The position numbers and the translations under genes were made by a program. Below, piece after piece: positions 40,123 to 48,800 of a stretch of 64,000 nt of DNA. The stretch covers positions 24,932-88,931 of the forward strand of contig JASFRG010000001.1 of NCBI GenBank assembly GCA_050115035.1, in the 5' to 3' direction. Origin of the DNA: Anaerolineales bacterium. Lineage in GTDB: Bacteria; Chloroflexota; Anaerolineae; Anaerolineales; Villigracilaceae. Position 1 is the stretch's first letter; every line of letters starts with the position of its first letter. A model generated the notes under the pieces. It searched no databases. It was not told the origin of the DNA and saw only the letters and a program-made list of their open reading frames with translations.

Positions 40123-41541
40123 ATGATTCGAAATGTTTATACCCGCTTGATCGTCATTCTGGTCATCCTGGGGGTGGCCCTGTGGGTCGACTTGAACGAC
40201 AACATTATCATTTATAACCCCTTCAACGATACTCGTATCGTCGATCATAATGTGAGCACCCGCCTGGGTTTGGATTTGCGCGGTGGCTTGCAGGTTTTGC
40301 TGGAAGCTGATCTTCCTGCAGACACACCCGTTGATGCTGACTCCATGGAAACGGCCCGCACCATCATGGAAAACCGCACGAACGCGTTGGGCGTTAGTGA
40401 GAACGTGCTTCAGATCGCTGGTGAGCGTCGTATTGTTGGAGAATTCCCTGGGCTGGAGAGCGCCGATGAAGTGTTGGGCACCATCCAACAAACAGGCTTG
40501 CTCGAGTTCGTCGATACCGGCGATACCTCATTGCCTGCCGGAACAACTGTGCAGACGGATTTTGCAACCGGCGGTGGAACTACATCTCCAACTGCTACCG
40601 AAACACCGCCCCCCGGTGAAGCGGCAGCACCTGATGCGACTCCGGCACCTACCGAAAGCGCGCCCGCCACCGTTTACCACACGATCATGACCGGAAAGGA
40701 TCTCAAACAAGTACAGGTCACGCAGGACCAGCTTGGACAATATGTGATCCAGTTCGACCTGACCGCCGATGGCGCTGATATTTTTGCCGAATACACAACG
40801 GCAAATGTAGGCAAATACCTGACCATCGTACTCGACAATCGGGTGATCTCTTCGCCGGTTATCAATTCCCCCATTCCGGATGGGTCGGGCATCATCCAGG
40901 GCAGCTTTACCGCTGAAAGCGCCAATGCGCTGGCCGTGCAACTGCGCTACGGTTCGTTGCCGATCCCGCTCAAGGTAGTTGAGACCCGCATCATTGGACC
41001 GACCCTAGGTGAAGATTCGCTTAGCCGCAGCCTGATCGCAGGCCTGGTCGGTATGGCCATCGTCATCCTGTTCATGGGCATTTATTACCGCCTGCCCGGA
41101 ATCACCGCCGACATTTCGATCTTGCTGTATGCGGTCATCCTATTCGCGGTCTTCAAGTTGATCGGCGTAACGCTGACCCTGCCCGGTATCGCAGGCATCA
41201 TGCTCAGTACCGGTTCAGCGCTGGACGCCAATATTCTGGTGTTCGAGCGCTTCAAAGAAGAACTGCGCAGCGGAAAGAGTCTAAAACAATCCTTCGACCA
41301 GGCCTGGACACGCGCATGGCCCTCGATCCGCGATTCGAATGTAGCGGCAATTATTACGGCTCTCATCCTGTACTGGTTTGGCAGTACCTTTGGCGCCACC
41401 ATCGTAAAAGGCTTCGCGCTGACGCTGATGATTGGTATCTTCATCAGTTTGTTCTCCGCACTCTACATCACGCGTACATTACTGGCATTGGCACTGGACT
41501 GGTTCAAGCCTGAAAACCTGGAACGCTGGGTCGGAATTTAG
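40123..41541 (+). CDS. secD: Protein translocase subunit SecD
   Basis: Large periplasmic loop followed by a 6-TM block; LDANILVFERFKEE. Confidence 0.9.
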   Translation: MIRNVYTRLIVILVILGVALWVDLNDNIIIYNPFNDTRIVDHNVSTRLGLDLRGGLQVLLEADLPADTPVDADSMETARTIMENRTNALGVSENVLQIAGERRIVGEFPGLESADEVLGTIQQTGLLEFVDTGDTSLPAGTTVQTDFATGGGTTSPTATETPPPGEAAAPDATPAPTESAPATVYHTIMTGKDLKQVQVTQDQLGQYVIQFDLTADGADIFAEYTTANVGKYLTIVLDNRVISSPVINSPIPDGSGIIQGSFTAESANALAVQLRYGSLPIPLKVVETRIIGPTLGEDSLSRSLIAGLVGMAIVILFMGIYYRLPGITADISILLYAVILFAVFKLIGVTLTLPGIAGIMLSTGSALDANILVFERFKEELRSGKSLKQSFDQAWTRAWPSIRDSNVAAIITALILYWFGSTFGATIVKGFALTLMIGIFISLFSALYITRTLLALALDWFKPENLERWVGI

Positions 41542-41554
41542 GAGAAAGTCAATT

Positions 41555-42466
41555 ATGAATATCCTTGGAAAACGCTACTTCTTCTTTGGCCTGTCCCTGG
41601 TCATCATCATCCCCGGGTTGATTATCCTGTTCACGGGCGGTTTGCCTCTATCTATTGACTTTACCGGTGGTAGCCTGCTGGAAGTTTCCTTTGCAAACGC
41701 TTCGCCCGCCCCAGCCGACATAATTGCAATCTATGATGACGCCAACATCAGCGATGTACAGGTCCAGACCAGCGATACCGGCAGCTACATCATCCGTTCA
41801 GAATTTCTCGAAGATACTGACCGGGATGCAGTTCTGACCGCGATGAGTGACAGCATCGGCGAACCAACTGTTGTGCAATTCGACAGCGTGGGTCCTAGCA
41901 TCGGCGAGCAGGTGACCTCCCGCGCCGCGATGGCCGTTGCAGTGGCTGCCCTTTTAGTGGTCTTGTTCATCGCCTGGTCATTCCGCGGCGTGCAGAACGC
42001 CTTCCGCTATGGCATCTCCGCTATCCTGGCTATGATCCATGATGTGGCTATCATCTTCAGCGTGACGGCCATCGGCGGGCTGTTCTTCGGCTGGGAGATC
42101 GATTCGCTTTTCCTGACCGCGCTGCTGACCGTGATCGGCTTCTCGATGCAGGACTCGATTGTTGTGTTCGACCGCATTCGCGAGAACGCCAACATCTACC
42201 GCCGGCTTGAATACGAAACGCTGGTCAACCACTCGATTATCCAGACCTTACAACGTTCGATCAACACACAGTTAATGACGGTGGAGTTCTTGCTGCTGGC
42301 GCTGGCATTGTTCGGCGGCGTGACATTGCAAGAGTTCGCCGTGGTGCTGCTGGTTGGCCTGATGAGCGGTACTTATTCGTCTATCTTTATCGCCGCGCCC
42401 ATCCTGGTGGTCTGGGAAAATCGGGAATGGAAGACCTGGTTCCGCCGCGGGGAAGCTACAGCCTGA
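41555..42466 (+). CDS. secF: Protein translocase subunit SecF
   Basis: MNILGKRYFFF start after AGGAGAAAG; DSIVVFDRIREN. Confidence 0.9.
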   Translation: MNILGKRYFFFGLSLVIIIPGLIILFTGGLPLSIDFTGGSLLEVSFANASPAPADIIAIYDDANISDVQVQTSDTGSYIIRSEFLEDTDRDAVLTAMSDSIGEPTVVQFDSVGPSIGEQVTSRAAMAVAVAALLVVLFIAWSFRGVQNAFRYGISAILAMIHDVAIIFSVTAIGGLFFGWEIDSLFLTALLTVIGFSMQDSIVVFDRIRENANIYRRLEYETLVNHSIIQTLQRSINTQLMTVEFLLLALALFGGVTLQEFAVVLLVGLMSGTYSSIFIAAPILVVWENREWKTWFRRGEATA

Positions 42467-42582
42467 AGACAAATCTGATATTCAAAAAGCGCGAAGGTTT
42501 AAAAATTAGCCTTCGCGCTTTTTATTAGCATTAGCCGGTAATCTTGCCGACGTTCTCCCCGGCTGGAGCTAACAAAATTCTT

Positions 42583-43254
42583 TTATAAACGTAATTTCCC
42601 GCCATTATCTTTCAACCATTTTCTGCGCCGTTTGTAATCAGGCAAGATCGCTTCCACTTGCGCCCAATAAGCCTTCGAGTGGTTCATCTCTTTCAGGTGA
42701 CACAACTCATGCACAACCACATAATCGATCACGTCCAGCGGGGCCATCACCAGCCGCCAGGTAAAACTCAGGGTGTCCTTCGAGCTGCACGAACCCCAAC
42801 GCGTGCGCGCCGATGAGATGCGGATTTTCCCGATTTTGAAAGCGTGCTCTCGCGCGAAGAAATCGACACGTTCGGTCAGCACCATTCGGGCCTGACCCCG
42901 GTACCAGGTTATAAATACAGATTCAGCTTTCGAATGCGCAGACTTTGTCAGCTTGAACGAGCCGTCCATAACGAGAGCAGGCTTCCCCCTCGGAACGATG
43001 CGCAGCGGGATTTCTTTTCCAAGGTACCAGAAAGTCTCTCCCTCTATATATTGACGAGAGATGGACGCATCTTCCCGGGCTTTGGCCTGTTTCCGTTTAA
43101 TCCACTCCTGCTTGGCTTCGATAAAACGGCGGATGTCAGCTTCCTTCATCTGCAGCGGTGCGCGGACGGTGAGCGTGCCATCCGTCTCGACAATTAAGGC
43201 CAGTGTCTTGCGTTTGCTGCGCACGAGCTTGTTGATTTCGATCATGACGGCCAA
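42583..43254 (-). CDS. YgjP-like (DUF45/M48-like) metal-dependent hydrolase
   Basis: HELCHL zincin motif near the C-terminus. Confidence 0.8.
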   Translation of the reverse strand: MAVMIEINKLVRSKRKTLALIVETDGTLTVRAPLQMKEADIRRFIEAKQEWIKRKQAKAREDASISRQYIEGETFWYLGKEIPLRIVPRGKPALVMDGSFKLTKSAHSKAESVFITWYRGQARMVLTERVDFFAREHAFKIGKIRISSARTRWGSCSSKDTLSFTWRLVMAPLDVIDYVVVHELCHLKEMNHSKAYWAQVEAILPDYKRRRKWLKDNGGKLRL

Positions 43255-43337
43255 CTATACCACGTAAGTCGGGTTGGCAACCCGACCTAGCGCTAAAAAC
43301 GAGTGCGGGTATAATCGCCAAAAAAAGCGGAGGAACA

Positions 43338-43781
43338 ATGCGCCCTGACTGGGACTCTTACTTCATGAAAATTGCTTCGGCTGTATCCGAACGCTCCACC
43401 TGCGACCGGGCCATGGTGGGCTGCGTGCTGGTGCGTGACAAACGCATCCTGACAACCGGCTTCAATGGTTCCCCCTCCGGGCAGGGTCACTGCGATGAAA
43501 TCGGTCATCTGATGGTGGAAGGACATTGCGTGCGCACTATCCATGCCGAGACCAATGCCATCATTCAGGCCGCACTGCACGGTGTCTCCTCTCGAGACGC
43601 CACATGCTATGTGACCCATCTGCCCTGCATCAATTGCACCAAAGCGCTCATCAACGCTGGCATCATCCGCATCGTTTATGGGGAGGCCTACCGCATGGAT
43701 GAAAATGCCATGATGTTCTTGAACGCTGCCGAGATTGAAATCGTGCAACATATCAACGGGTTTCAAACAGAAAATTTATAA
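43338..43781 (+). CDS. dCMP deaminase (ComEB-type)
   Basis: HAETNAI and PCINCTKALINAGI zinc motifs. Confidence 0.9.
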   Translation: MRPDWDSYFMKIASAVSERSTCDRAMVGCVLVRDKRILTTGFNGSPSGQGHCDEIGHLMVEGHCVRTIHAETNAIIQAALHGVSSRDATCYVTHLPCINCTKALINAGIIRIVYGEAYRMDENAMMFLNAAEIEIVQHINGFQTENL

Positions 43782-43783
43782 AT

Positions 43784-44227
43784 ATGGAATCAACAGAAGT
43801 CTTGAGTGAACCGATCTACCCATACGAATTCACGATTCCAGACGAAGCTGTCGATGAGAACGGACATGTCAATAACGTTATGTACGTGCAGTGGATGCAG
43901 GATGCAGCCGTGAGACATTACGAAGCCATGGGCGGCAGACAGATCACGATAGACATTGGCGCCACCTGGGTGGTACGTTCACACATGGTCGAATATCTGC
44001 GTCCGGCTTTCGCAGGTGAGCGCATCAAAGTGCTGACCTGGGTGGTTAATATGCGCCGGGTACGCTCCCTGCGGCGCTACCAGTTTATCCGCATGGAAGA
44101 TGAGCAATTGTTGGTGCGCGGTGAAACGGACTGGGTCTTCGTAGATATGGAGAAAGGTTCTCCGCGGGCTATTCCTCCTGAAGTTTCGAGTCTATTTAAG
44201 TTGCTACCGGATGAAGTCAAAACATAA
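43784..44227 (+). CDS. Hotdog-fold acyl-CoA thioesterase (YbgC/4HBT-like)
   Basis: DENGHVNNVMY active-site context; about 147 aa. Confidence 0.75.
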   Translation: MESTEVLSEPIYPYEFTIPDEAVDENGHVNNVMYVQWMQDAAVRHYEAMGGRQITIDIGATWVVRSHMVEYLRPAFAGERIKVLTWVVNMRRVRSLRRYQFIRMEDEQLLVRGETDWVFVDMEKGSPRAIPPEVSSLFKLLPDEVKT

Positions 44228-44306
44228 ATTTTGTGATATGCTAAACCCAGCATTGAGCGGAGTTGCCCCCCTTATTTGCAGTTTCTTTTCAAGAAATACG
44301 TAAGGT

Positions 44307-44540
44307 TTACAAAAGAAAGACAGGCCCAAAATAGCGACAGAAAACATCATCTTCTGGCTGGTTCTTGATCCTATCACGTTCGGACTGGGCTCCATCGGGG
44401 GTTACATCCTCTTTCGCGAATTCGTCGAACATGAGCGGCTTCCCCACCGCGATGAATGGGTTCCGCTTTTCAAACAGCATTGGTTTGCTATCCTGGCGCT
44501 TGGGATTTCGATAAGTTATTTTTTCTATCGCCTGATCCAT
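44307..44540 (-). CDS. Possible small hypothetical protein
   Basis: 77-aa ORF in an otherwise empty 320-nt gap. No motif and no clear RBS. Confidence 0.25.
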   Translation of the reverse strand: MDQAIEKITYRNPKRQDSKPMLFEKRNPFIAVGKPLMFDEFAKEDVTPDGAQSERDRIKNQPEDDVFCRYFGPVFLL

Positions 44541-44640
44541 GTTTTGAATGGGGGCTAAATTTCACCAGAATGCGAAGGACTTCTTTGCGCAAGGAAGTCC
44601 TTTTCTTTTTTCAGTTCAATGCTTCGACTATAATCCGGGC

Positions 44641-45630
44641 ATGAAATTACGGTTGCTGGCAGTGCTTGTGTTTCTTATTTCTCTCACAGCATGCGTCCCT
44701 GGAATAAAACTTTCGAAAACAAATACTGCAGCCCCACCCGCAACAGATATCATTTCTACACAACAATACAACGTCCATCAGAAAATATCCCTGGTTAATA
44801 CAGGAGACCATAAACCGGGTAAGCAAAATTTATGGGTGGCGCTTATTCGTGACCTGTCACCCTATCAGGAAGTCATTTCAAGGTCGATCTCCCCCAGCGG
44901 ATATGTGCTCTCAAAGGATGAATACGGGAACGAATATGCCGAGTTCGATCTATCCGAGCATGCGCCCGGAACAACCATCAGCATAGAAATTGATTATCAG
45001 GTTTCCGTCAATGAACTAACCTATGATTTGTCAAACTGTGAGGGAGAAACACCGGACGAATTCACGCAGCCCGAGCTTCACATAGAATCTGCGAACCCGC
45101 AGATTGTGTCACTCGCCGAAGAGCTATCAAAGGGCAAGAGCACTGCCTGCGAGCAGGTCCGAGCGTTCTATGATTATGCCGGTGACGAATTGATTTATAC
45201 GTACAACCGTACGGCCTGGGGGGCGCAGGCCACCTTCGGCCTGATGGGCGCAGACTGCACGGAGTACGCCTCCCTGGTGGCTGCTCTCAGTCGCGCCGAG
45301 GGGATCCCGGCCAGATATTATGAAGGATTGCTGTATCTTGAAGAAACTAGTGCTGACAAAGACAAAGCCATCGCTCAGACCGAACATGCCTGGCTGGATG
45401 TCTATCTGCCAGGGATTGGCTGGACCGCCTTAGACCCCACCATGGGACGGGGGGCGGTCAACCGAGAAACGTACTTTGCACACTACACACCCGATCACAT
45501 CATCGTAACGACCGGGCGAAATCCCTCCACCTTGCGTGGGGCCAGCTACTGGTCGCATCTGTACTGGCCGGGGAACCTGACCAACATCAGTGTCTCGGAA
45601 GCCAGTTGGGACATCCAGCCGGTTCAATAG
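44641..45630 (+). CDS. Transglutaminase-like cysteine-protease-fold lipoprotein
   Basis: Lipobox LTAC after MKLRLLAVLVFLISL; Cys-His-Asp context GADCTEYA...HAWLDVY...LDP. Confidence 0.8.
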   Translation: MKLRLLAVLVFLISLTACVPGIKLSKTNTAAPPATDIISTQQYNVHQKISLVNTGDHKPGKQNLWVALIRDLSPYQEVISRSISPSGYVLSKDEYGNEYAEFDLSEHAPGTTISIEIDYQVSVNELTYDLSNCEGETPDEFTQPELHIESANPQIVSLAEELSKGKSTACEQVRAFYDYAGDELIYTYNRTAWGAQATFGLMGADCTEYASLVAALSRAEGIPARYYEGLLYLEETSADKDKAIAQTEHAWLDVYLPGIGWTALDPTMGRGAVNRETYFAHYTPDHIIVTTGRNPSTLRGASYWSHLYWPGNLTNISVSEASWDIQPVQ

Positions 45631-45815
45631 GAGTCCAACGTTTCCCAACGTTAGCGCCAAAGACAGAGACTTTGGACTCCTTCATCTTTCAGGTAAATCG
45701 ATCAAGTGCTTGATATTTACCCCGTTTTCCCATACACTAAGGGTAGCAATTTTATAGACTGTTTCTTGTCCCGGGGGAACCATTTGCCGTTCAGGGTATG
45801 AATTGGAGAAAAAAT

Positions 45816-48800
45816 ATGAAAACTGAAGATACAAAAACCATAAAAGTTCTCGGGCAGAGCAATGAAGCCTTGAAAAGAGTCAACTTTGGCGGTGAACTCA
45901 AGAACTTCACGGTATCCCACGCGGTGCAGTTCGCGTCAGACCGTGCTGCAGCCACCCCGCAAGTGATAAAAGACTTGGGGGATGATGATATTGTCGAGCT
46001 GATCTTCGAGGACAATATCCATCGTTGGGTCACGGTGGCGGAACTCGAAGAGCAGTTCAAATATCAAATCTCGCGCGGATCAGAGCCGGGCGTCATCGAG
46101 ATCCCCAGCCGATTGCCTTCGGGAGATACCTCGCGCGGGGCCACCTCCTGGGTCTTGAACGGGCTGCGTGTGCTTAAATTCGATCCTGTGGAGAAAACCG
46201 TAGAAGGGGTGATCAAAAACTACGACAAGAAGAAACTCATGCCAGAACCGGGACTTTACCGCTTCGCAGAGAAGCTCGACAAGCGCGGTGAGAAACTCGA
46301 TAATCCAAAGATCTCACCCACGAAACCGGTCCTGCTGTTCATCCATGGCACGTTCTCGAGCATTGAGAACGGGTTCGGCAGCTTGCGCCCGGAGGTCTGG
46401 GCCAGGCTGCAGGGCAAATACGAGCAGCAAATCTTCGGCTTCAACCACCGCACGCTGTCCGAGAGCCCGATCCAGAACACATTGGAACTGGTAGAAAAAC
46501 TTCCCGAAGGCGCAAAGCTGGACATAGTTACGCACTCACGCGGCGGCCTGATCGGTGAATTACTGTGCCGCAGCGGCAGAACCGGCGGACCGGCGTTGTT
46601 TGACGAGGATGATGAAACCCTGATGGCAGAAGACAAAGCTGCTTTGGTCAAACTCTCCAGGCTGCTGCAGGAAAAGAAGATCAAAGTGGAGCGCTTTGTG
46701 CGTGTGGCCTGCCCGGCACGCGGGACCACGCTGGCCTCCAAACGCGTCGACCGCTGGCTGGAAGTCATCGTCAACGTGGTCGAGAAAGTCCTGCCACCCG
46801 GCCCGGGCAATATCTTCGGCGTGCTGGCCGACCTGCTGCTTGAAATCAAAAAACAAAGTTCCAATCCGGAAGCCATCCCCGGCCTGGCCGCAATGGATCC
46901 CGCATCGAACTTCATCAGGATGATCAACCGCGAAGACGTGAAAGTCGAGGCCGACCTGACCGTGATCGCAGGAGATATCGAAAAGAACAATCTTACTGGC
47001 CGCCTGGCGGTCTTCTTTACCGACCTGTTCTATTCTGACGAAAACGACCTGGTCGTCAACACACCGGCCATGTATGGCGGCCCTGCACGCACAGACGGGC
47101 GTTATTTCTTCGACAAAGGCGCGAACGTCAACCACTTCAACTACTTCTCTAACCAGAAGACAGCGGAAAAGCTACAGGATGCGTTGTTGGAAGAACTTGG
47201 TACCTTGGGCGCACAAGGTTTCAGACCGATCAAGGAAGCTTACGTCAGAGTTGTCCCGGATGTGGAGATCACGGCGCGTTCCTACCAGAAACGCTCCAAC
47301 ATTTCGCAGCCGGTCGTTTATATCCTTCCGGGGATCATGGGGACACACCTGGCCGAGCGCGGGAACCGCATCTGGCTGGACGCGCTCGATCTGGCCCTGG
47401 GGAAGATGGTCAACCTGCAAATCACAAACAAGGATGTTCAACCGCAAGCGCTGATCGCCTTCGCCTACGCGGACCTGGTCGAGTATTTGAGCGCCACCCA
47501 TGAGGTCATCCCCTTCCCCTACGACTGGCGTCTTTCGGTCCTGGATGAAGCCAACCGTCTGGGGGACGAGATCGAGAAAAAGCTCGAAGAGACCGAGCAG
47601 CCCATTCGGATCATTGCGCATTCTATGGGCGGGTTGGTGACGCGCGCCATGCTGGGGTTGAGGCCAGACCTGTGGAAGGAGATGCGTAAGCGCGACGGAG
47701 CGCGTTTCATCATGCTGGGGACGCCCAACGGCGGCTCCTACCAGATCCCGCGTTTGATCCTGGGCCAGGAAAAGACCCTGAGAATGCTGGCGACAGTCGA
47801 CATCAGGAATTCGGCCCGCGACCTGCTGGAAGTTATTACACGCTTCCCCGGTGTGCTGGGTCTGCTGCCCATCGAAGAAGAGCCCTGGAATTTCCTGGTG
47901 GCCGGCACCTGGGACAAATTTCCGAACACGGGCAGGAACAAATGGGTCAAACCGCTGCAAAAAGACCTGGATAAAGCTAAAGAACTGCACGACCTGCTGA
48001 AGGCAGAAAAGAGCATGATCGCTGAGGATGATCCCATCCTGTATGTGGCCGGATATTCGCGCGGCGCGCCGGTGGCTGTAGATATCGATAAAACCCAGGG
48101 GGTGCTCATTCGGGGGACGAACCAGGGAGACGGCACCGTGCCATGGGATTCCGGCATCCTGCCTGAATTAAAAGACGGCCGCACCTATTATCTGAACGCC
48201 TCGCACGGCGACCTGGCCAATACCAAAGAGTCTTTCCCGGCCATTTACGAACTGCTGACCAAAGGCAGCACGGAACGCCTGCAGAAAATACCGCCCAAGT
48301 ATGACCGCGGCCAGGAAGAGAATTACATCCTCCGGGATGAAGACGTGGAGATCTATCCGACGCAGATCGACATCGAAACGACCATGCTTGGGGCTGCTCC
48401 CGTCAAATACGAAGCGCCGCCCGAAAAGCCTGTGCGCGTATCGGTGGCGCACGGGAACCTTTCGTTCTGCAGCGACCCGGTCGCCGTCGGTCATTACGAA
48501 AACGACGGCCTGTACAGCGCAGAAAGAGCCTTGAACCATCACCTGAACGGACGGCTGAATGCCCGTCACGTGCTTGGGCTGTATCCCGGCCCGGAAGGCA
48601 CGGTAGAGGTGGTTTTGAACGAAATCGGCGAAAAACCGGGCGGCGCTGTCATCGTCGGGCTTGGACAGGCAGGCGAACTCTCACCGTTCAAGTTGACGCA
48701 AGCCTTTGCGATGGCCCTGCGGGAGTACGGAATCAAGGCCGTCGAAAGCGGAAGGGTGGGCGATGATGGAGAGATCAGAATCTCGACCCTGCTGGTGGGC